Shown here: positions 7,932 through 19,237 of the stretch, in pieces | How the letters are laid out: the number at the start of each line of letters is the position of its first letter | Numbering within the stretch: the stretch's first letter is position 1 | Translations under genes and position numbers: made by a program | Source of the DNA: Hydrurus foetidus | Lineage: Eukaryota | Length of the DNA: 64,000 bases | Direction: 5' to 3' | Assembly (NCBI GenBank): GCA_900617105.1 | Contig: UYFQ01000349.1 | Span: 1-64,000 of the forward strand | The notes under the pieces: model-generated | The model's database searches: none | What the model saw: only the letters and a program-made list of their open reading frames with translations | Told to the model about the DNA's origin: nothing

Positions 7932-9245
7932 ATGGACAGCCGGAAAAAGTTGAAGGAGAGGCGACAGAAAATACTGACAGCCACCCCCAACATTATCCGC
8001 GCGCTGTTCAAGAATGTTAAAGGGAAAGAAGCATCTCTGAATTTTATTCGAGAGGGACAACAGCTTGGCATTCTTCAAAAATGTGATTTATCTTTCACTT
8101 ACGGAGAAGTTGTGTCTGTCAGCTTTGTGCAGATACTTGGATTCGTAGCAAACTCGAATCATCTGAATAATTTCGGTGCGATAGATCCTACGTGCGCAAG
8201 GGTTTTCTACGATTTGGGCTGTGGGACTGGCCGAGCCGTAATATGTGCTGCTCTATCTCATGAGTTCACGAAGGTGGTAGGAATTGAACTCGTTCCTGAG
8301 CTAGTAAACATTGCTACGAATGTCAAGGACTGCTTAGTTAAAGCATGCGAGGGCATCTCTGGTGATGCTATCGAAGTGTCATCAACTCTTGAAGTGAAAA
8401 GGAAGTATGGAATCACTCCTTTAAATCATGGAGAGCTGGTCGAGATCATAAGGGGGATAATTTCGTCCAGTGCAATCCCGCCTGGAGGGTTCTGCTCTCA
8501 ACAGGTCATATGCAATGAGCTAACAAAGCAGCTAGGTAGTAAGCTGTACAGATTATCAATTCAGCCTTTCAGAAAGTTTTCGAAGTTTCTCGAAAGCAAC
8601 GCAGAGAAATTTGCAGTGACTGGTGATGACGAAGTCAGAAATGTAACGGTTAAGTGCGTCAAAGAGCAGCATGCTGCTGTCGAAGCTGTTATTCTAGGAG
8701 GTCATGCAGGAGAATTATCCCGAGACACTGAAGGCTCGCAGAGTCACAACAACGACTTGGAATTTGATTCTATCGACAACAGCAGCTTGTACTGTGCTGA
8801 AAACTCCAACGATTGTGATGACATAACTGCTACTGCTACCTCAATGACTTCTTCAAATAATTCTCATGATGTCGATTTGAACAAATCGTGCGAAGAAAGC
8901 ATCCGTTCTGTGGTATCTATCATAAGAGACAAGAGAACGCCAGGAATCCTTGAAGCACTAACTCCGCTTCCAGAAATAGAATTTGTAGTCGAGAATATAT
9001 TCAACTACCCGTGGTATGATGATGCATATGTTGTCTACGCTGCGTCACTGCTATTCAGCGATGACATGATGCGGCAGTTGACAGATCAAGCGCTGAAGAT
9101 GAAGCAGGGGTCTTGGATCATTTCATTGAAGCCACTGCTATTGACAGCAAGCGAGAGCTTGTCGAAATTAGTCTTGAGGGAGAGAAGTTTTCATAAAATG
9201 TCCTGGCAAATGGCTGAAGTTTTCATCTACCAGACTATCGCTTAG
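7932..9245 (+). CDS. DOT1-like class I SAM-dependent methyltransferase with internal insertion
   Basis: FTYGEV, VFYDLGCGTGR and VVGIELVPEL, then after a ~200-aa insertion IEFVVENIF..DAYVVYAASLLF..MKQGSWIISL..MSW. Intronless, 437 aa. Confidence 0.8.
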   Translation: MDSRKKLKERRQKILTATPNIIRALFKNVKGKEASLNFIREGQQLGILQKCDLSFTYGEVVSVSFVQILGFVANSNHLNNFGAIDPTCARVFYDLGCGTGRAVICAALSHEFTKVVGIELVPELVNIATNVKDCLVKACEGISGDAIEVSSTLEVKRKYGITPLNHGELVEIIRGIISSSAIPPGGFCSQQVICNELTKQLGSKLYRLSIQPFRKFSKFLESNAEKFAVTGDDEVRNVTVKCVKEQHAAVEAVILGGHAGELSRDTEGSQSHNNDLEFDSIDNSSLYCAENSNDCDDITATATSMTSSNNSHDVDLNKSCEESIRSVVSIIRDKRTPGILEALTPLPEIEFVVENIFNYPWYDDAYVVYAASLLFSDDMMRQLTDQALKMKQGSWIISLKPLLLTASESLSKLVLRERSFHKMSWQMAEVFIYQTIA

Positions 9246-9489
9246 TTAGGAATCAGAAAATGAATTAGAACTTTATTTCAGGCCTCCAGATTCTCTCCAC
9301 CCATAGAGTCAACAGAAATTCACTCAAGTACTTCCTATTATATTTTTTTTAACTCGTTGATGAGATTGCGCGTAATCGATGCAACAACTGGTTGAATGTG
9401 TGATGAAGCTCATAAAGAGAAAGTAACTGCTGAGTACGATTAGCTTATTTGCAGTAAAAAAATATCGTTTACATATTGACAGGGTGCTT

Positions 9490-10857
9490 TCACAAGGTCC
9501 ACCCTTTGTTACACACTGAGTTGTCATGTGCTTTGATTATATGTGAATTATCCTCTATTACAGAATAATCAAACTTCGTCGATGACCAGTCGAGGGGTGG
9601 TTCCACTGGCGGAAAATTGTGACCAGAAAAAGGAATGAAATCCATAAGATGACGATAGGCTTCACCCACGTCGTCCCAGACGATCGAAAAGGAGGATCCA
9701 TTTGCAACTGATGAGTTATTATATATGACTAGCGTTAAGTCTACCCATTCGGGATCCCAGCTATCAGGAATTCTGTTAATTTGGCCTTTGCCGCGATAAG
9801 CTGCCCTTATATTACTTTGTCTTTCAGTCATTAATGTGACATCTGTGATGCCGTTCTCACTAAAAACAATGACAGGCCGAGTGTCTGCTATGATCCATGA
9901 GTAGAAATCCTTCAGATGCGTGACATCGACTGTGAAGGATAGTTGCCCCGCCGGAACATTGGGATCACCAGTTACCTTCAAGCCATTGATAACGGAAAAA
10001 GGTTCCCTGAGATCGGCATTATAGTTGTCAGGACCCTCAAGGACTCTTTCGTCGTTTTCTGTTAAGGAAATGTGCAAAAGTTCTAGCCCGTGGGACCCAT
10101 AGCACGCAACAAATAAACCAGTGATGCTGCTGACGTGTCCATGTATACTTGCACGCCTAGCCGCGCTTAGATTTGTTTTGCATTTCATATAATTGCAGGG
10201 TAGAGGTTGAAGTAGATAGTTGCCATTTCTGGATACGGCTTTCAGTTTGATTCCTCCGTTGTCGCAGAATTCAAGAGTAAATAGCCTCATGTTGTTCAGT
10301 CGGCTCTCAAGCGTCTTCCCATCCAAACTGCATGTGACTTTCATTCTGCAAAGTGCCTGTCCAGTAGGATCTATTATTTCAAGAATTATAGTTTCGGGGG
10401 CGTTCGTGGTAATCTTGTCTCGTCTTATGCAAACCAGTCCTCCTCTACTGAAGTGTGTTTGCGTCGATAAGTCGTTTTCGACATAAGGGACCACTCTATA
10501 CCACCCTATGAGACTACATTTCGCTCTATGCAGGCACAAATACAAAGATTTGGTGTCAAGAAATTTGAGTGCTGAGATGGCCTCGTTAACAAATTCGTTT
10601 GCTCTCCTCGGTGACTGCGTACTGGCTAGGTATTTAGTCCCGTAATAGCTCCAAAGAAAGTTGTTGCGTAACAGACATTTCGCCCGTTTGCACGTTGCAC
10701 CATAGTTGGAGGCATCGATTGGGTTTAGAAAACATATGACCTCGAACAGCCATATAGACTGAGAGTCAGTAAGTTTTTCGTGAAACGATGTCCCTCCCAT
10801 ACATTGCGATCCCCCTCTTGACAAGAATAGCGGTGTTGGATCCGTGCATGACGTCAT
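9490..10857 (-). CDS. F-box protein with C-terminal cyclin-D1-binding/DUF3506 (FBXO31-like) domain
   Basis: N-terminal F-box-like segment (WLFEVICFLNPIDASNYGATCKRAKCLLRNNFLW); GLFVACYGSHGLELL and GLKVTGDPNVPAGQLSF motifs. Confidence 0.8.
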   Translation of the reverse strand: MTSCTDPTPLFLSRGGSQCMGGTSFHEKLTDSQSIWLFEVICFLNPIDASNYGATCKRAKCLLRNNFLWSYYGTKYLASTQSPRRANEFVNEAISALKFLDTKSLYLCLHRAKCSLIGWYRVVPYVENDLSTQTHFSRGGLVCIRRDKITTNAPETIILEIIDPTGQALCRMKVTCSLDGKTLESRLNNMRLFTLEFCDNGGIKLKAVSRNGNYLLQPLPCNYMKCKTNLSAARRASIHGHVSSITGLFVACYGSHGLELLHISLTENDERVLEGPDNYNADLREPFSVINGLKVTGDPNVPAGQLSFTVDVTHLKDFYSWIIADTRPVIVFSENGITDVTLMTERQSNIRAAYRGKGQINRIPDSWDPEWVDLTLVIYNNSSVANGSSFSIVWDDVGEAYRHLMDFIPFSGHNFPPVEPPLDWSSTKFDYSVIEDNSHIIKAHDNSVCNKGWTL

Positions 10858-11541
10858 ATTTCGTCAGAGGCCTATCTGTCTCTAGACTGGTTGTGTCCCG
10901 TTCAATTCATTTGAACATCCTGGCTCAACGCGATCGTTGGAAAGCTCGAAGGCTTCTCCTCTCCCGTGCAAATTGATGTTATTCTTTTGTGTTTCTTCAT
11001 TTATAACTGCCTTTGCACTTTGTTGTTCGGCTTTTTCGTGCGCCTGTAGCAGTGGTCTCAACCATACATGTGCTGCGATGTTCTCGTTGGGCTGGAAGCT
11101 TTCGAAGACCTTTCACCGGTACACTACCAGCAGAAATAGTCGTTCTGAATTCTGAATAATCCTGAAAGTGTTCTCGTTCTTGACGTCATCAAATTCGGTA
11201 ATGTTCCAACGAGTACGTTCAGAAACAGTTTTTTTTGGAAAAAGTCAAAAAGTCCGCACTTGACCTGTATCTTACGGGTAGACCCTGGACCAGAAACCAG
11301 ATGATAGAATCTACTTAGATAACACACGTTAGATAAAATATGAAATCGAACCTGGACTCCACTCACCTCTCCCTGCGTCACTCTGATACTAAAGAGTCAG
11401 CTCTATAGAGGCTACAGCTTGCACAGCTTGCACAGCTTGGCGTCGAATTGCATCCTAAGGGAAAGCAATTTTGATTTGTAGGGAATCTCCAATAGCTCAC
11501 GATTAATGTGCACTATTTAGCTCACGGTTTCGACCGTCCCA

Positions 11542-11700
11542 TATGCGTCTGAGGTCTGGGTTATATTGAAGCCAAAATCTCAGAGCTTGGTTTTCTCACA
11601 ACTCGAAAAGTAAGAAAAACGCATATTTTCTCACTTTTCGAGTTGCGAGAAAACCAAGTTCTAAGATTTTGGCTGAGAAAACCCAGAACTCAGACGCGTA
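11542..11700. repeat. ~160-bp imperfect palindrome (hairpin element)
   Basis: TATGCGTCTGAGGTCTGGGTT..AGCCAAAATCTCAGAGCTTGGTTTTCTCACAACTCGAAAAGTAAGAAAA pairs with TTTTCTCACTTTTCGAGTTGCGAGAAAACCAAGTTCTAAGATTTTGGCT..AACCCAGAACTCAGACGCGTA around a ~7-nt loop. Confidence 0.9.
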
Positions 11701-12107
11701 AGAAACGATTTTATGCGCACTCGAATTATTAATTTCGGCAAATATACAGAAATGTTTTATTAGGGCTCTCGATCGAACTTCGCCCGTCCCTACAGTTGTC
11801 ATATTGGCCCATCGACCGAATCGAATCCGCCAAACGACATCATAATCCCAAACCGCCTATCCGCGTCCACTTAATGCCGCCCACGCAATTCGTTTTGTCG
11901 CCACGGCGTTTATGTGGCAAAATACAGCCACAGATCTGCTGTAGACGAACGCTCAATGCCTTAATTTCATTACTGAATATAATTGGTTGATCTAACACAC
12001 CCCGCCGGAAACATGTTTGACCTTCTGTGCTTGGTACACAGTATTCTGTACTCTGTATTTTGTATTCTCTGCTCTGTATTCTGTATTCTGTATCGAGCAA
12101 AGGATAA

Positions 12108-12155
12108 TGTGCGGTGTGCGGTGTGCGGTGTGCGGTGTGCGGTGTGCGGTGTGCG
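12108..12155 (+). repeat. (TGTGCGG)n heptamer tandem repeat
   Basis: About 7 direct copies ~100 bp upstream of the ATG at 12252. Confidence 0.9.
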
Positions 12156-12251
12156 ATGGTCGATGGGCGTTGTCTCTCTCTCTCTTCCTCTTGGGAGACA
12201 CTACAAGCTTTTCACATAAAAGCGACAAACCTTGACAGATTCCTTGCTATC

Positions 12252-13652
12252 ATGATTGTCTCAGCTGCTCGCGAGTGTCTGAATACATTTGAATCATTCT
12301 TAACTTACTTTCCACATTGCAACATACCTGATAATGCACCGACTGTGATGATCAAAGAGAGCACGTACATGGTGGATGGCATTGGTGGAGGTGTCTGGGA
12401 AGGCGCGCTTATCGTGGCCAAACTCTTAGAAGTTGCAGAAGTTGGAGAAAGCCATCGTGTAATCGAGTTGGGTTGTGGAGCAGGACTGTCTGGTATCGTA
12501 GCTGCTTTACATGGGGCCAATGTCATTATTACTGATCGAGAGGTAGACTTGGCGGAGCATAATATTCGCATGTTTCAGGATCAGCGTTCAAAACATTCTC
12601 TAGTGATGTGTCAGCGCGCGGGCGGTGCAATGCGCTGTCCACCCGCTAACATTTCTGCCAGCGAGCTTCTCTGGGGAGAACCTGTATCAAATCTTACGAG
12701 CAGTAGTTATCCTGACGTAATTATTGGGGCCGAGATCACATGCCTTAGAAAACAGCAGGATTCCCTCGCCCGAACAATAGACCTTATTTCTGGACCTTTG
12801 TCAATTATTTTACTGTCTTTCGACGATTTACCAGCGGAGCTGCCAATGAGGAGAATAAACGGAGATGACTGCAGCCACACCTTGGAAGAGGGTGTCATGG
12901 AAAAAACACGGGAGGCAGACACTCATGAACTTCTCACAGTATCTAAATATGAACGAGAAATGGACCAGAGAATGAAGCTGAAGGGATATAATCGCGCAGT
13001 TATTTGCACTGCGAGAGTTGACTGGCGAAGGGATTTTAGGGCTCCACCTCAAGTTCCTGTTTGTAGACCATCTTTTGGCACATCTGAGGTCTCATCTATC
13101 GCTGCCGAAAAACTGATGTCGTCTCAAATACTAGGCTCAGGAAGAGAGAGTTCTTCTGGACAAATTGCGAAGCCAAACATCATCACATACGCAACAATTC
13201 GTGACATCTCGGAAAGTCATTACAATGACCTTGGCACCATTTTGTTTCCAAGTTTGCACATAGATAATGGCATTTGGGGCAGCACTGTGCGAACGGAGGG
13301 TGATGCTGGAGAGATGTCATCCCACACCCACCATATTTCCGCGTACTATCGTCCTTCAGCCACTAGTACCTGCAGTCGCTGTCATGCGTCATTCTTCTAT
13401 GTATTGAATAAAGATTGCCCCAGCAGCAGCAGCAGTGAGAATTCTTCTAGGGGTCTGTGTAGACATCACAAAAGTATGTATGTCTGTCGTTATGGTACAC
13501 CTGAAAGAGGACTGTCAGAAAATACAAGCAGCCATGCCCAGGGGGGATCTGATAGCAGTGAGGATGTCTCTCAGAGAATGTTCTGGGACTGCTGTGGATT
13601 ATCAGATAGAAATGCTCCGGGGTGTCAGTGGAGTCGACACGTATCCTACTGA
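12252..13652 (+). CDS. METTL21/Methyltransf_16-like lysine methyltransferase with C-terminal Cys/His-rich domain
   Basis: GIGGGVWEGALIVA, VIELGCGAGLSGIVAA, VIITDR, ELLWG and DVIIGAEI motifs; C-terminal CSRC..CRHH..WDCCG..APGC..H. First plausible ATG is 12252 (the ORF-track start lies in a repeat). Confidence 0.85.
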   Translation: MIVSAARECLNTFESFLTYFPHCNIPDNAPTVMIKESTYMVDGIGGGVWEGALIVAKLLEVAEVGESHRVIELGCGAGLSGIVAALHGANVIITDREVDLAEHNIRMFQDQRSKHSLVMCQRAGGAMRCPPANISASELLWGEPVSNLTSSSYPDVIIGAEITCLRKQQDSLARTIDLISGPLSIILLSFDDLPAELPMRRINGDDCSHTLEEGVMEKTREADTHELLTVSKYEREMDQRMKLKGYNRAVICTARVDWRRDFRAPPQVPVCRPSFGTSEVSSIAAEKLMSSQILGSGRESSSGQIAKPNIITYATIRDISESHYNDLGTILFPSLHIDNGIWGSTVRTEGDAGEMSSHTHHISAYYRPSATSTCSRCHASFFYVLNKDCPSSSSSENSSRGLCRHHKSMYVCRYGTPERGLSENTSSHAQGGSDSSEDVSQRMFWDCCGLSDRNAPGCQWSRHVSY

Positions 13653-14745
13653 TGCACTCCACACTATCTGTTATTCCACCGACATCTTCTTACTGCCTAA
13701 ACTGCACTCACTGCACTGCACTTCATTGTGTCACGGACATACGGCTGTTTCTTCATATTAGACCGTTATCACTGTCAAATGATTTTTAGTACTTTCCAGC
13801 TCATTTCATCAATAGCTATCGATGTCATCCGCACATGCGTTCAGTCTTGTGCATTATAGCACATTACTCTATAGCACATTACTCTGACATTTTATACTGC
13901 TTTTATTCTTTATTCCATGTCACACGTATTTCTGACTGTTCCTTTTAAGACGTACATGGTAAATATTTATCACTTCTAAGACGTTGCCACATTTTTCAAA
14001 CTCGTATAGCACTAGCTTTACATAGAAGTAGGGCAATGTGTGGTGCGCACAATAGTCCGAAGTGACTCGTTCTAGCTACAGGGGTAGAGGACTAGTGAGC
14101 CTAACAGAAAGCCTCTCGGAGAGCCCATCCGGTTGGGTCATCATCTCGACTGTGCAGCAAAGCTATTTCAAATTATATTATGGAGTTTCTTTTCGGTAAC
14201 CAATACGGAGAATGATATTGGTTTCAAAGATATCAGTGGAAGATAGAAGAATGAATGAATAATGTTGATTTTGAATTCGGTGCAATCTGCGATTGAAAAT
14301 ATTTACCCTGTGAACAACTGATTAGATCTGTCACAAAAAAATCGTTTACTCTTTTAATAGTGCGTCTGATATTTTCTAAAATTATTAGTAATGTTTCAAT
14401 GAAGCGGGTAATGTCACCTTTCTTCTATGATCCTCCAACTCCACTGCACTGTGCTGAAAATCTCGAAATTGCTACCACTATTTCTAGAATGAAATAAAAC
14501 GCCCTATCATGTATAGTAAAGTTAGAAACATGGAATTTTGTGGTAGTTCTGCATGTAGCTTTTGTTCTCAGTTCATACAGACTCATGTCACAGTTCATAC
14601 GCGCACAGCGGCATAAACTTTACACACAATCTTAACAAATTTAATGTATCATATTGTTGTCTCACACAATCTGCATAAGCCACTAAATGCAGAAGCCACT
14701 AAACCTGTGCTCATCAGTTTGCACTTGAGAATGACCTTTCACAAT

Positions 14746-14974
14746 TGGCCTTATTCCAACTCGCAAGAAACAAGAGTTGCTAAAAATGGGGGTCTAAAAT
14801 TTTAGCTCCCAACTCTTTTTTTTACGTTTTTTACGTTTTTCACTCTCAAATTTAATTTGTAGAAACAAGAGTTGTGAAAAAGAGTTCGTAAAAATCGACG
14901 TAAAAATTTTAGAGGGATTTTTACGTTTTTTTTTACGACCCAACTCTTGTTTCTTGCGAGTTGGAATAGGGCCA
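14746..14974. mobile_element. 229-bp MITE with 34-bp TIRs and AAT target-site duplication
   Basis: Left end TGGCCTTATTCCAACTCGCAAGAAACAAGAGTTG, right end CAACTCTTGTTTCTTGCGAGTTGGAATAGGGCCA (1 mismatch). AAT flanks both sides and there is no coding capacity. Confidence 0.85.
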
Positions 14975-15271
14975 AATGCTCAACTGGTGGGATATCAAAG
15001 TTCAGATACAGGCCGTGCGTACGTACCGTGCATAAATTGGTGTACGGTATGGTACAAACTTACATCGAAGTTTAAACTTTGGCAGCAGTATCATTTGAGA
15101 GGTATTTCAAGTCTCCTCAACAATAACCACCTGCGACTATGAGCAGCTAGTAATCTGTCAGTCGACGTGATTAATGGTCGTTCCAATCTACAGTACTAAC
15201 AAAAAAAAGCTTCTGTAATGATCCTGGGCTGATAGAACAAGCTACGTATCAGGGCGTCTTCATAATAGAAG

Positions 15272-18200
15272 ATGGAAGCTGCTCTTTCATCAATGGATGC
15301 GGCAAAAAAACGGCTGTTTGAGGAGCTTGCGGAAAGAAATGTAAACGTGTTGCGCGTTCGCGCACTCTGCAGGGACTACCCTGGAATTATCGCGACAACG
15401 GGCCTGAGAATACGTATCTGGACACTACTGCTATTGGGACCGGATTACAAAATTAGTGCCGATGAGAATAGGGACATAAAGATGCCAGAGGAAGCTTGCG
15501 ATGAACAGCACGTTCTGGAGGCAGATGGTTAGTCAGTATTTTATGAAGCTTGCCATTTGAATTCGTACGATGTGACTCATTCTTGCAAACTAACCGCGAT
15601 CTAGTCCGGCGAACCAGATCAGAGGTTGAGGAATTCCGCTCCGCTGCTTGGCGCAGTGCAGTACAATCGCTGTTGCAATCATTTTGTCTTTCCCACAAAA
15701 TTCAATACAAACAAGGAATGAACGAGGTCTGGTAGTGCATTTACTAAATCATCGTCAATCTCTTCCAAGTTTGTTACATCATGGTTTGACGACAACTTTC
15801 GATATTTATGCTTCATTCCTAGGTTCTTGCACCATTCATATCAATACACCCTCCACCGAAAGGCACCGCTCTGCCCTACGCCCTTTTCGAAGCCTTTCTC
15901 TTTCGCTACTTGGAGCGACACTTGTGCCTAGATGACTCCTCCTTTTTGTTCAAAGCATTTCGACTATTCCACGTTCTTTTATTGTACTTTGATCCCCAAC
16001 TAGCCCTACATCTTAAGATACAGGAATTTCCGCCTGAGTTGTATTCACCTCAGTGGTTTCTGACGCTGTACTCCCGCACTCTTCCTCTTCAACACACCCT
16101 TCGACTGTGGGACATGATTATCGCCGTGGATGATCCGGCATTCACATTCTTCATAGGACTCTGTCTACTGAGAAGAAAGAGGTATGGATTGCCGTTTCAT
16201 TTTGACTAACTGATTGCACTGCCTTCCACTTAGTTCTTATAACGACTGGTCGTAGGTGTATCTCCGCAATTTCTTTTCGTCCAACATTCTCTCCACTCCA
16301 CCACACTGACATATTTCACCACGTATTCACATCATCAAAACTATGCCATCACTCCTACCCAGATAAAACCGTCACTCATAATTTACTCGGCATCATTGAC
16401 TCGGCATTTATACTGTTTTCTAAAAATGCATTTTATACGGTTTTTGTACCTTACAGGGATCGTCTTCTCCGTTCCGATAGTGACGTCATTCCCGAAGTGA
16501 TCCAGAACCTCGGATTTCAGGGGGAAGAAGACATCGACTCTGTGATGTGCGAAGCCATAGGGTTATATAAAAAGACTCCGAGATGCCTCACCAGGTATTG
16601 ATTGCGCTGTGAGGAGGTTTCTTCAATTGCGATATTCTTCTCGTTCCAGCTGCAGTTATGCTTTGTGGCAAATCAACTGACCCATCTACTTCCATCTATT
16701 GCTCTGTGCACAAAATAATCAAATGCCTTGTCTACGCTACAATTGCTTGAACTAAAAACATTCCAGACATTTGGGCTGTGCAACTGAAAATATTATTATC
16801 TTCGAATTTACTTTTTCTTCACTCATTTTATTCATTTAGCAATGGGAATTCACGCCTAATTTAATTTCATTGCCATGCAGGAATCTTCGTCTGTGCTGTG
16901 TAGCCACTACTCAGCTCTCCTCCACTCCTGTAGTAAGGTCACGACACTCCGACCACCCAGAAGAGAGAACAGAAAAACATCAGAATATCACTGATAAAGA
17001 GAAGCACTCAAAAGACGCTATTTCAATTGAAAGCCACGATCAAGCTATGTCTGTGCAGGCTGCGAGAGGGTGTCTGATGCTGCAGACCAGGGAATTGCTT
17101 GACTCCCTTCAGTCTACCATAAACTCCACCGCTCCCACAGACAATGATGATAACAGTCGAAAAATGAAGGGCAAATTAGACGGAAATACGACAGTATTAA
17201 GTTTGAAAAATCCCTCTGAAGTGGGTAGCAGTAGCACCTCTGCTAAGACAGAGAAAAGCAACAGCACAAATTCTACCCCTCAGAAATCAGACAGTACCAC
17301 TGATGTGGAGGTCAGGAATCAAGGTCTAGGGTCCACGGGAGGGATATGGGGGGGAGTAGATGGGGGTGGTGTGGGCTCGGATATACAGCAGTACGTCTTA
17401 GTCGGTGAGATACGCTGCACACTCTGTACTGTAACAAATCCCTTGTTGTCCTATTCTATTCTGCGTTTTCGACTCTTGCAACTTCGTTTGTCTTGAATCC
17501 TTCATGCAATCGCCCAATATCATCATGTTTACATACGCACGACTACACAGTATCTCACCAACAAACACGCATTACTGCTATTCAGACGTACGTGAGACCA
17601 GCGAGATCGAGAGCAGTGGAGGGGGGCACTTGTCGTGTGCGGTGCGACTGGACCCAGAGTTCTTGGATCGACCGGACACATTCGCCATATGGCTGCAACA
17701 CCTGGACTGCATGAGGGGGTGCAATATATGCATCATCGGTTAGTGCATTTTAATGTGTGTATGTACATGTGTGTGTGTTGGAGAAGGAAGGGGAGGAGAG
17801 GAGAGGAAAGAGGGACAGAGGCAGAACAGTGGACTGAAATACCACCGCCTCGGTAAATTAGCCAAACAACTAATGAATTCCCCACTTTTTCCCCGAACCT
17901 TCTATATTATGCTATGCGTCTGTGCACACAGACATGCCACCAGTCGTGGCTCATGGCGGCAAGACCCTCTGGAGGAGACTGCTGCTGGGGGAGGGGGACG
18001 GGTCGGGCAAGAGCAGGGGACTGTTTGGAGGGGACGGGTCCAGCAAATCGAAGTGAGTGCAAGTAGTAGCATAGTGCAGTGCAGTGCAAGTGTGGTTGAT
18101 ATCCTTTATCTGGTCTCATTGTGATGTTGCTGTTACTGCATGTCTGTGTCACTGGTGGATGATATCACTATTGTTGGTGAAGGGGTATGTCGACTGTGAC

Positions 18201-19237
18201 GTCTATATCCTACGACATTTTCTCAGTCATAACTCACTCAATATGTTATGTGTCCTATGCCTGTCGATGTTGCGCTGATGATCTTGTGAAGTGCATTCTC
18301 ACAGTTATTCCTCGGTGGTTCGCAGAATCACACAGAAGCTCCTTGTTCTCAGAGTATCTATCCCTTTATGTGACTCCTGTCTGTCGCCTCATTATCTCAT
18401 CCTACATCTAACATGTTCTCCCTGTCCCTGTCCCTGTGTTTCTCAGTCACACCGGAGAAGCTGCTGGATTCAGAGATTTAGAAAGCACGTACGCAGCAGC
18501 AGAAAAAGCAGCAATAGCAGATGACTCTGTCAGACCGGCTGTACGACTCGCACTAGCACTTCAGCGCGACTCCTTCCCCTTCATAAGTGTGCTTGAAGAG
18601 GGGTTTCCTAAATTCATAGAAATCCTCTCTTCTTCTTCTGGGTCACTTGAGCCCATTGTGCTGGGACATGATCCGGTTAAGTGGGAGAGATTCCTAACTT
18701 CAACCGGCCGGTCCGCCCCCACTTCTAGGAGGGGTTCGGAAGTAAAGGCGTTAAAAAGCGAGTCTGATAATAGGAGCAATATACTAGGAAGAAAAGTAGA
18801 GATCACTACTCCATCTGATAATGGACGCAGTAATGCACCAGTGGGAATGGGGGGGGTGTACATTAGCCCTGGGGTAGGGTTCTTTGACCATGATTCCAAA
18901 CACCGTATAGGGCCGAGAATTACTATTAAGAAAAAAGATCCACTCACAGATCTAGAGGTGGCGCAGATGGCTTATATGGTACGACATTCTCATTTTTATT
19001 AGTAGAGATAAATGAGAAACTTGTGTAACAGCGGTGATTTTACTGTGTATGAATCTAACGTATTGTTCAACTCTTATTGTACGTGTAACTGTGTTTTAGG
19101 TTGCCATGAAGCTTGGACATAGACACATGGAACAGATGCTGTTGGACAGGGTGAACGAAGTCATGGAGAAAGAAAAGAAAAACATCCCTTCTGACATAGG
19201 AGTCTCAGAATCGGACTCACCATCAGATTGGTACTAA
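15272..19237 (+). CDS. Rab-GAP TBC domain plus rhodanese-like domain protein (TBC1D23-like), multi-exon
   Basis: LRIRIWTLLL, DVRRTR (across an intron), YKQGMNEVLAPF, DPQLALHL..PELYSPQWFLTLY..LRLWD; rhodanese-like DVRETSEIESSGGGHL and ISVLEEGF; GT-AG introns. Confidence 0.85.

Noticed and set aside
10880..11240. Minus-strand frame interrupted by a single TGA upstream of the F-box gene
   Set aside because: No start codon or recognisable motif; no support for readthrough or selenocysteine.
14061..14100. SECIS-like element (GTGA...GA) downstream of the METTL gene
   Set aside because: Helix II does not pair in register, there is no apical AA and no in-frame TGA candidate.
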